Of a stretch of 36,555 nucleotides of DNA, positions 1 through 6,980 are shown in pieces (positions within the stretch are counted from its first letter, which is position 1; every line of letters begins with the position of its first letter). The notes below the pieces were generated by a model. It ran no database searches, was not told the origin of the DNA, and worked only from the letters and a program-made list of their open reading frames with translations. This DNA is from a virus (taxonomy: Duplodnaviria > Caudoviricetes): positions 1 through 36,555 of the IMG/VR virus record IMGVR_UViG_3300037722_000921; one strand, given 5' to 3'. Made by a program: the position numbers and the translations under genes.

Positions 1-778
1 TCGAAATCGAATGTTTCGAGTCGCCGTAATAGCGGGTTCGACTGGGCGAAGCAGGGGAGGATGGGTGGAGTGATGTGGTATGGATACACATAGTGTCGCC
101 GATGTAGGACAGTGTGCGAGTCAGTGTGATTCAGGGGGAGGATGATAAATCCTCGACGTGTCTGCCGCTCAGCCTCATCCCCTACCCAAGGCCGATCCCC
201 GCCCCCAGCCCTCACAGACTCCAGCGCCTGCGCGCTCTAATTGGCCCCATCCGCCCTCTTGTGGCCAACATTGACAGCGCGTAACTCGTTGCGATGCGAG
301 CGGTTGCGCCTGCTGGCCTGTCAGTTGATTCCAGAGTCCCACATCCTCTTTACCCATTTTCCAACCGGCACCCTACCCCCTCGCGGGTGAAGTACCCTCC
401 AATTAGCCCGTCCTTCACACCGCCTGATATGGCGGTTTGGGCGGTTGAGTCCTCGCCTGGACCGTCTGTGGTGGGGAACGTCGCTGACTCGGCGCGCGCG
501 TAACCGGATGACCGAAGAAGGTGCCTGTGGCTTTCACGGTGGAAATCCGTGATTTTGACAGGCAGAAAACCGTCAAGTCAGCAGTTTCCGCAATCTGCCC
601 CATGGGCACTACCCCATTGGGATGCTGACCGTTCACCCTGCGTCACCGGGTTGCCAGGGAGGGATTGGGGCGCCCTTCATCGTTCTCGACGGCGAACCGT
701 CTTACCGATCCATCATGGCGTTTGCTTCGGTTCCCCAACTCCGTGAGTTCTATCCCACGGAACGGTTTTCTCGATCTA

Positions 779-1072
779 CTACGGTCCTTGGATGATCTGC
801 TGCCGGGTTACGGACAGCAGGAAGCCTGCGCAGAAGAAGATCAGGGACTTTTCGGTTTCCCTGTAGGGAGCGGAGAATGTCAGGTCTCGTCGGGTCGTGA
901 ACGGCGTCCATTCGCGGTCTCCGACTCGTTTCGTCAGGGAGCGGGTTCCGGATGGGACATGGTATTCGACGGGTTTGGGAGTCGGCTTTTGGCTGGGGTA
1001 GAGGCAGGTGTCGCGAAGCGTGGAGCGTTCGCGTTCGCTGCCCGTCCAGCTTGTGGCGGTTCTTCCGGTCAT
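779..1072 (-). CDS. hypothetical protein (~97 aa)
   Basis: ATG at 1072 preceded by GGAGACGGTGGA; protein-like composition; downstream of the promoter-like motif at 1189-1220. Confidence 0.45.
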   Translation of the reverse strand: MTGRTATSWTGSERERSTLRDTCLYPSQKPTPKPVEYHVPSGTRSLTKRVGDREWTPFTTRRDLTFSAPYRETEKSLIFFCAGFLLSVTRQQIIQGP

Positions 1073-1188
1073 TCCACCGTCTCCGCGCATACAGGCGGCC
1101 CCCCGAATATCTGCGGTGCGAAGGCCAGGAAGCCGGGAGGCCGCTGTGTCTGGTTTGATTGTCGCTTCCTTCGTCCTTCGCTGATTCC

Positions 1189-1220
1189 ATCATGGATCGA
1201 CTTCCCGAAAACGATCAATA
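1189..1220 (-). promoter_or_regulatory. putative promoter, copy 1 of the TATTGA(T/G)CGTTTTC motif
   Basis: Minus strand reads TATTGATCGTTTTC; TTGATC-18 nt-CATGAT; same motif at 6942 and 8812. Confidence 0.5.
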
Positions 1221-1224
1221 GCAA

Positions 1225-1253
1225 TTCCCGGAATTCTGGAAGTTTGGTAGAAT
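1225..1253 (+). promoter_or_regulatory. putative extended -10 promoter with imperfect palindrome (possible operator)
   Basis: TGgTAGAAT at 1245-1253; TTCCCGGAATTCTGGAA imperfect palindrome at 1225-1241; GGAGG RBS and ATG at 1271 follow. Confidence 0.5.
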
Positions 1254-1270
1254 CCGTCCGGAGGTGGATC

Positions 1271-1450
1271 ATGAGCGATCCAGTGAAGACTGCGAAAGAG
1301 GCTCTGCGTGGGCGGCGTTTCGATGTTTCTGGGGAGATGCTGTTCCGCGGTGTGCCTCTGGAGGAGTTCGAGAAGGGGGAGTTGATCCGGATCATCGGGT
1401 ACTTGGAGCGGATGCGTGGAGTGCTTCGTGAATCGGTGGAGGAGCCGTGA
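1271..1450 (+). CDS. small hypothetical protein (59 aa), probable paralog of 2387..2623
   Basis: GGAGG RBS, ATG 1271, stop overlaps next start (GTGA); FRGVPLEEFEKGELIRII motif. Confidence 0.7.
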   Translation: MSDPVKTAKEALRGRRFDVSGEMLFRGVPLEEFEKGELIRIIGYLERMRGVLRESVEEP

Positions 1451-2121
1451 GCGATCAAGAGCGTGAGCGGCTGGCTCGGATGGAGCGGCTTCGTCACCCC
1501 GAATACGTGGAGCGGAAGCCGAACGAGATGCTTCACTCGATGATGCGGAACTTGGGTGTGGAGCCGGCTGTGGATGGGCCGACTCCCGATCCGGTGAAGC
1601 TGGTGGCGACGTGGCGGGATCGCGTGTCCGAGGGGAGCGTTCCGGACGCGGCTTGGTACTTCTCGCACGTGAGCGATCCGTGCGACTGGGATTACGATGC
1701 GGAGGAGAAGCCGATGAGCGACGAGAACAAGGTTCCGCCGGTGTCCACCGAGAAGTGCCGCGACATGGGGCGAGATCCGACGACGTTGATTGTGGCGTTC
1801 ATGCGCCACGAGTGCCAGAGGCGTGTCGCGTTGGGCGTGGACGGACTGGTCGAGGGGTCGAAGCGTTTGGATGCGAAGCTCGGAAGGGTGAACCCTCCGA
1901 CGGACGAGGAATACCGGGCGCGAGCCGAGTTCGTGATCTCGAAGGACAAGGCGACTATCGCGGCGATGGATGCCGGTGAGTGGCCTGAGCCGACTGTGCC
2001 GAAGTCGGACTTGTCCGACTCTTCCGAGCCGACTCCCGATGACGTGGTGCCTGCCGGCCCTGCTGCCGATCCCTCCGAGGGCGAGCGGCTGACGGATTTC
2101 TTCTTCGGGGAGAAGCCATGA
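1447..2121 (+). CDS. hypothetical protein (224 aa), possibly two fused genes with an internal start at 1714
   Basis: Coupled GTG start; internal GGAGGAGAAGCCG-ATG at 1701-1716 in frame. Confidence 0.7.
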   Translation: MSDQERERLARMERLRHPEYVERKPNEMLHSMMRNLGVEPAVDGPTPDPVKLVATWRDRVSEGSVPDAAWYFSHVSDPCDWDYDAEEKPMSDENKVPPVSTEKCRDMGRDPTTLIVAFMRHECQRRVALGVDGLVEGSKRLDAKLGRVNPPTDEEYRARAEFVISKDKATIAAMDAGEWPEPTVPKSDLSDSSEPTPDDVVPAGPAADPSEGERLTDFFFGEKP

Positions 2122-2390
2122 GCGACGTGCGAATCGCGTGGGAGAGAGAGGACGCCGACGACGGCTGCCCGATGCCGCCGTTTACGGTGTTCGTTGACGG
2201 GGAGAGCGTTGGGGAGTTCGGTAGCATGTCGGAAGCCGCCCGTGCGGGATATTCTCACATGGGCACCTGCGATGAGCCGATTGCCGAGGACTTGGGGACG
2301 TTCACGGCCACGGTGGGTCAGGATCGTGTTCTCGATTTGGAGTGGGTTGGCGGGGACGTTCGGATCGGTATCCCGAGGGAGAAGCGATGA
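2118..2390 (+). CDS. hypothetical acidic protein (90 aa)
   Basis: ATGA overlaps at both ends; GGGGAG RBS. Confidence 0.7.
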   Translation: MSDVRIAWEREDADDGCPMPPFTVFVDGESVGEFGSMSEAARAGYSHMGTCDEPIAEDLGTFTATVGQDRVLDLEWVGGDVRIGIPREKR

Positions 2391-2623
2391 GAGACTTGGG
2401 CGAGATGCATGGAGTCGTGTTTTTGCGTGAGGCGGCGAGCCGGATGTTGGCGAGCGAGCACTTCGACGGAGAACCGATGAAGTTTCGTGGCATCCCGGCG
2501 GATCAGTTGTCGCACGCCGAGTTGGTTCGTCTGGTGTCGTGGATGTACGAACGCTGGCAGTTCGAGGCGGATCGCTGGATGGACTCACTTCGCCCCGAGA
2601 GGGTCTTCGGAGAGAAGCGATGA
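2387..2623 (+). CDS. hypothetical protein (78 aa), probable paralog of 1271..1450
   Basis: ATGA coupling; FRGIPADQLSHAELVRLV motif. Confidence 0.7.
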   Translation: MRDLGEMHGVVFLREAASRMLASEHFDGEPMKFRGIPADQLSHAELVRLVSWMYERWQFEADRWMDSLRPERVFGEKR

Positions 2624-2859
2624 TCCGCTACCGCATCGCCAGAATCGCGAAAGACTCCGCCGAACTCATGTTGGGACTGGCGACGTTCGTGTTGCTGGCC
2701 GTCGCGGCGATAGGTGGGGCGTCTTTCGTGGTCGGCGTGTTTGGATGGCTGTCGGGTGCCGGTTCGTTTCTCGAATGCTGGGGAGCGGGTGCGGTCGTCG
2801 TCGTCTTTTCATCATGGTTGCCGGGGCTTGTCCGCTTCGATAGGAGCAGTTCGCAATGA
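2620..2859 (+). CDS. small membrane protein (79 aa, about 2 TM helices)
   Basis: ATGA coupling; hydrophobic stretches LMLGLATFVLLAVAAIGGASFVVGVFGWL and WGAGAVVVVFSSWL. Confidence 0.65.
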   Translation: MIRYRIARIAKDSAELMLGLATFVLLAVAAIGGASFVVGVFGWLSGAGSFLECWGAGAVVVVFSSWLPGLVRFDRSSSQ

Positions 2860-3101
2860 ACCGCCGCAGTTTCCTGGGCTTCCTCGCATCGCTCCCGTTC
2901 GTGGGGCGGTTCACGCCGAAGTGTGGAATCGGCAAGGTGAGCGCGGAGATTCCGCCGCTGTGGGATATTCCAAGGCTCGCGGCCTATGCTGCTTCCGGAG
3001 GAGACCTGCGCAGAATCGACGCGAGGGAGTACATTCGCATCAAAGCGAAGTCTCCAAGTTGCCGGATCCCGTCACTCCTCCCGGGCGACGATCTTCTGTA
3101 G
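2856..3101 (+). CDS. small protein with twin-arginine-like N-terminus (81 aa)
   Basis: AGGAG RBS, ATGA coupling, begins MNRRSFLGFLASLPF. Confidence 0.6.
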   Translation: MNRRSFLGFLASLPFVGRFTPKCGIGKVSAEIPPLWDIPRLAAYAASGGDLRRIDAREYIRIKAKSPSCRIPSLLPGDDLL

Positions 3102-3824
3102 CAGCCCGTGCCGCCACTTCTCGGCGGCTCGGCAGGGGACTCCCAAGCGGTCGAGTTCCCGGCACAGTTCGCGATACCGGACGGTTCCGTTCTTCCGCGT
3201 GAACTCGGGCAGCAAGTCGCGGATGATCTCCAAGCCCTGTTGTTCCTCGGGATCCTCGATCAGCGTGGGATCGTTGAGGCTGCGGTGTCCGCGCGCGTCC
3301 GTCACGATCGACGGGTCGGCGAGTCGCCAGCCGTAGCGGGGCTTGGCCGAAACGGCGCGGTTGGTGGACTGCCGGTGCAACAGCGCTCGGGACGTGCGTT
3401 CGGCGGTGATTCGGGGTTCGAAGGCGGCGTAGAGCAGCGCCTGCCCGAACATCATGTAGCCCAGCGCGGTGTCGGTGCGGAAACAGTTCCCGCCTTCGTC
3501 GGCGATGTGCAGCCGGACTTTCCGCTTCTCGAAGTGCTCGACACACGAAAAGCCGTCCGCCACGTCGCGGAACAGGCGGTCGAGCTTCATCGCGATCACG
3601 TCCTGATTCCGAATCTCCTTGAGCAACCGTCCGTAGGGCCGCTCGAACAGGGCCGTCTTGCGGGCGGACACGAACTCGTCCTTGAGCGGCGTGCCGATTT
3701 CGAGGTCGTTCATGGCGGCGTATCGCGAGCAGCGATCGACCTGCACGCCGATGGACTCGCAACTGTCCTCCTTGTGCGTGGGACGCGGGGAGACGCGGGT
3801 GTAGAGGATGGCGGGTTCATTCAT
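3072..3824 (-). CDS. serine recombinase (resolvase/invertase family catalytic domain)
   Basis: YTRVS catalytic motif, DEFVSA, VIAMKLDRLFRD, AAFEPRITAERT helix, PRYGW start of a short C-terminal domain. Confidence 0.9.
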   Translation of the reverse strand: MNEPAILYTRVSPRPTHKEDSCESIGVQVDRCSRYAAMNDLEIGTPLKDEFVSARKTALFERPYGRLLKEIRNQDVIAMKLDRLFRDVADGFSCVEHFEKRKVRLHIADEGGNCFRTDTALGYMMFGQALLYAAFEPRITAERTSRALLHRQSTNRAVSAKPRYGWRLADPSIVTDARGHRSLNDPTLIEDPEEQQGLEIIRDLLPEFTRKNGTVRYRELCRELDRLGVPCRAAEKWRHGLLQKIVAREE

Positions 3825-4141
3825 TCGTCGTCTCCATCCCAGCGTGGCATCATTTTGGCGGCCGTGTCGCGAATCCGCAGCAGTAGTTCTCCCACGTTCT
3901 GCACGTCACGCCGCGTGCAGGTGTGGTGCGCTCGATTCTCGGTGGTTCCCCAGTTCGTACACCCGTCCCACTTCACGTAGCCTTCGAAGTCTGGGGACGG
4001 GAGCGGTTCTCCGGTCTCGATGTAGTCGAAGTCGTCGAGTTCGTAGGCTTCCCACCCGACGAAGTGGTCCGTGACGGATGCCCACCGCACGACGTATCCG
4101 ATGTCGGGCCACTTCACCAGATCAGGATCGGTATCGCTCAT
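3821..4141 (-). CDS. hypothetical protein (106 aa)
   Basis: GGAGG RBS; ATGA-coupled to both neighbours. Confidence 0.75.
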   Translation of the reverse strand: MSDTDPDLVKWPDIGYVVRWASVTDHFVGWEAYELDDFDYIETGEPLPSPDFEGYVKWDGCTNWGTTENRAHHTCTRRDVQNVGELLLRIRDTAAKMMPRWDGDDE

Positions 4142-4293
4142 TTTTCCTCCCGTGCCTCAAAATAAAGCTCGATGGCCCGACGGATGATCTCCCCCTTCGT
4201 CAACCCCGAACGCTTCTTCTCCGCGGCGAGCCGCTTCTGCATCGAACCCGTCAGCCGGAACTTCTCCAACTTGTCCTTCGACTCGAATTTCAT
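4138..4293 (-). CDS. ribbon-helix-helix (CopG/Arc-like) DNA-binding protein (51 aa; below ORF-track cutoff)
   Basis: Translated by hand: MKFESKDKLEKFRLTGSMQKRLAAEKKRSGLTKGEIIRRAIELYFEAREEK; GGAGG RBS; strand-helix-G-x-T-x-x-E-I-I-R-x-A-I pattern. Confidence 0.75.
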   Translation of the reverse strand: MKFESKDKLEKFRLTGSMQKRLAAEKKRSGLTKGEIIRRAIELYFEAREEK

Positions 4294-4319
4294 CGTTCCC
4301 TCCGATCAGTGTTCCCGCA

Positions 4320-4347
4320 AGTGTACCCACAACAGGAAGGAAGTCAA
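4320..4347 (-). promoter_or_regulatory. sigma70-like promoter for the RHH-recombinase operon
   Basis: TTGACT-16 nt-TACACT on minus strand; overlaps the RBS region of the divergent terS-like gene. Confidence 0.55.
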
Positions 4348-4349
4348 GC

Positions 4350-5003
4350 GTGGCGACGATTCAGCAGTTGGATTATCTGGCAACCTTGAAGGCTGCGGGT
4401 CAGTTCCATACGTTCACGCGGATCGCCCAGAAGATGTACTACGAAAAGCGTCCGGATGGGGCGTTTCGGGTGGATCGTCTGAACGGGGTGCTTTTCGAGT
4501 TGGCGAGGAGGGAGTACGAGAAGATCAAGAACGATCCGTCCAAGGTGGCGCAGGCGACGTTTCGCCCGCACCCGAACATGGAGGAGGCTTTAGTGAAGGA
4601 TGCTCCGGAGAAGGACGATCCGGACGGCGAGTTGAAGTGGCCGTTCCGGGTGAGCCGCGAATCGGCCGCCGCGCAGTTGCGGGAGATTCACGACAAGGAG
4701 GCGTCGTTCTACTACGAAGTGGAGTGGATCGCCAAGAACCTGTCGAACATCGAAGCCCAGCCGAACGACGCCCCCAGCGCGAAGGCGTGGGAGTTGCTGG
4801 TGACTTCGGTCCAGAACGCCAAGAGCCGGGAGATGTTCTTCGACAAGTACTACTTCCGGGTGCGGATGAAGGAAGAGAAGGACGAAGAGACGAGCCGCGA
4901 CCGCGAGCAGAACTACGCGAAGCAGTTGACGATGCTGGACCGCGTGGCGGCCGATCCGACCTGCCCTCATTGCGGAGCGGAGCTTTATGCAACTCACGAG
5001 TGA
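4350..5003 (+). CDS. putative terminase small subunit
   Basis: Immediately upstream of and overlapping TerL; helical and charged; C-terminal CPHC; call by synteny. Confidence 0.55.
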   Translation: MATIQQLDYLATLKAAGQFHTFTRIAQKMYYEKRPDGAFRVDRLNGVLFELARREYEKIKNDPSKVAQATFRPHPNMEEALVKDAPEKDDPDGELKWPFRVSRESAAAQLREIHDKEASFYYEVEWIAKNLSNIEAQPNDAPSAKAWELLVTSVQNAKSREMFFDKYYFRVRMKEEKDEETSRDREQNYAKQLTMLDRVAADPTCPHCGAELYATHE

Positions 5004-6936
5004 GTTCTACGAGAAGTTCGTCCCGAAGGAGCGGGAGGCGAACCTGCTGTACCGAAGGCAAATGCTGGAACAGGCCCAAGCCGATCCCGCGTTCGCCAAC
5101 GAACTGCGGACGATCTGCGCCCGGGATTGTTTGTACTACATCAATTTCGCCGCGTGGCTGATCGAGCCCCGCGCGACGGACGCCTCGAAGCGGTTGATCC
5201 CATTCATCACGCGGGAGTATCAGGACGAGGCGATCCTGACGTTGCAGCGGAACCTCGGCCTGAAGGACACGGCCATCTACAAGAGCCGGGACGTGGGCGC
5301 GACGTGGATGGTGCTCTACGTCTACGATTGGTTCTGGCGGTTCATGCCCTACTCTCTCCTGGGCGTCGTCTCGAAGGACTTGGAAACGGCCGACTCCCCC
5401 CAGGGCGAGCGCTCCCTGTTCTCGAAGCTGGACTTCATCAACGAAAACCTGCCGTGGTTTCTGACGGCCCGGGACGATGTCGATCGGTTTCGCCACTTGA
5501 GCAAGCACACGATCCGGAACCTGAAGAACGGTTCGTGCTTCACGGCCTACCCCGCGACCGCGAACGCGCTGACTTCCGACCGCGTGCTGTGCGTGCTGTT
5601 CGACGAATTCCACTTCTTCGGCAGCGGGGACGATTACGCCGTTTTGGGTTCCGCGCAGCACACCACGAACTCCCGATTCTTCGTCTCGACTCCGAACCCG
5701 GATCGGGGCGAAGGGGGCGCGTTCTACGACATCGTGACCTCGGGAAAGTACGACGCCGAGATCATCCGCATCCGCTGGCGCGACGATCCCCAGAAGGCGA
5801 AAGGACTCTACTCGTCCACACTCCCACTGCACGTCGGCGAAGACGCGACGCTTCAAATCCTCGATACGGAGTTCTGGAGCGTCTTTCGACGGGAGGACGG
5901 AACCCATGCCGATCCGGCGGACACGAATCAGGATTACGAGTTCGTGCTGGATGGCCGGACGCGCTCCCCGTACTACGATCACGAGTGCCGGCGGGCGGGG
6001 AACAAGATGCGTTCCATCGCGGCGGAACTGGACCTGGAGTTCGCGGGCGCGACGGAGCAGTTGTGGGAGCGGGTCGCGATCGACAAGGCGAAGGCGACGG
6101 TCGAGCCGCCGGCGTGCGTGATCGAATGGAACGAGTCTGCCACCGGGTTCTACTCCGACTTCCAGCCGAAGTTGAATTCGGCTTCGACGGGAGCCATGAA
6201 GTTGTGGAGCCCCGAGAAGTGGCTGGACGGCAAGAAGGTGAAGCCGCAGTTCCAGTTCACCTGCGGGGTGGACGTGGCGGCCGGAACGGGGGGCGACTAT
6301 TCGAGCTACAGTTCGATCGAGGTCTGGTGCAAGAACACCGGCGAGCAAGTGGCCGAGTGGCTGTCGAACACGGTTGGGCCTCACGACCTGGCGGACCTGT
6401 CGATCGCGGTCTGCACCTGGTTCAACAACGCCTACCTGTGCCCGGAAGTGAACGGCCCGATTGGGGGCGTGTACGCCAAGCGGTTGATCGACTCGGGATA
6501 CGGGAACGTCCATTTGCGGGACTCCGGCCCGGACAAGTCCGTCAACAAGCGGACCATGACGGTGGGGGTCTGGAACTCCGACCGGGGCACGAAGATCCTC
6601 AAGGAGTTGGCGCACGCCGTCTCGACGGGGAGTGCGGTCCTGCGTTCCGAGCGGGTGCTGCACGAAGTCCAGCAATACTTCCTGGGCACCGACGGCAAGG
6701 CAACCCACGCCGGGGAACGCTCCGCCGAGACGCTGGGCGAGAAGGGGCTGGCGCACGGCGACGCGGCCATTGCGTGCGCTTGTGGGTGGATGGGCGTCAC
6801 CGACTGGCCCGTCCCGAAGGAGAAGCCGGAGGAGCAGAAGGCCGCTTACGGATCGTTCCTGTGGCGTCGGCAGCAGTACCTCAAGAAAGAGCGAGAGAAG
6901 AACCGCTACTGGAGTCCGTTCGGCGAGACGGGGTGA
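4987..6936 (+). CDS. terL: terminase large subunit
   Basis: Walker A-like KSRDVGATW, Walker B VLFDEF, coupling motif VSTP, RNase H-like nuclease GVDVAAG and HGDAAIA. Confidence 0.92.
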   Translation: MQLTSEFYEKFVPKEREANLLYRRQMLEQAQADPAFANELRTICARDCLYYINFAAWLIEPRATDASKRLIPFITREYQDEAILTLQRNLGLKDTAIYKSRDVGATWMVLYVYDWFWRFMPYSLLGVVSKDLETADSPQGERSLFSKLDFINENLPWFLTARDDVDRFRHLSKHTIRNLKNGSCFTAYPATANALTSDRVLCVLFDEFHFFGSGDDYAVLGSAQHTTNSRFFVSTPNPDRGEGGAFYDIVTSGKYDAEIIRIRWRDDPQKAKGLYSSTLPLHVGEDATLQILDTEFWSVFRREDGTHADPADTNQDYEFVLDGRTRSPYYDHECRRAGNKMRSIAAELDLEFAGATEQLWERVAIDKAKATVEPPACVIEWNESATGFYSDFQPKLNSASTGAMKLWSPEKWLDGKKVKPQFQFTCGVDVAAGTGGDYSSYSSIEVWCKNTGEQVAEWLSNTVGPHDLADLSIAVCTWFNNAYLCPEVNGPIGGVYAKRLIDSGYGNVHLRDSGPDKSVNKRTMTVGVWNSDRGTKILKELAHAVSTGSAVLRSERVLHEVQQYFLGTDGKATHAGERSAETLGEKGLAHGDAAIACACGWMGVTDWPVPKEKPEEQKAAYGSFLWRRQQYLKKEREKNRYWSPFGETG

Positions 6937-6941
6937 TTCAC

Positions 6942-6973
6942 TATTGAGCGTTTTCCCGCGCAGGCCGGATACT
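6942..6973 (+). promoter_or_regulatory. putative promoter, copy 2 of motif; portal mRNA probably near-leaderless
   Basis: TATTGAGCGTTTTC; TTGAGC-18 nt-GATACT; ATG 7 nt later with no Shine-Dalgarno. Confidence 0.55.
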
Positions 6974-6980
6974 CGACTTC

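Noticed and set aside
20-50. GGTTCGACT resembling a tRNA T-loop
   Set aside because: Flanks (GCGGG / GGGCG) cannot form a T-stem and no cloverleaf is evident
665-1270. 5' extension of track ORF 665..1450
   Set aside because: Spans divergent promoters and an opposite-strand gene; strong RBS supports the start at 1271
2620-2859. Calling this a holin
   Set aside because: Only size and hydrophobicity support it; no endolysin or spanin recognised nearby
3072-3824. Recombinase as IS607 transposase or phage integrase
   Set aside because: No N-terminal MerR-like HTH or adjacent TnpB; too short and no zinc-ribbon for a large serine integrase
5780-5990. Extra segment between TerL ATPase and nuclease domains as a possible intein
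   Set aside because: Too short and lacks N-terminal C/S and C-terminal HN splice motifs
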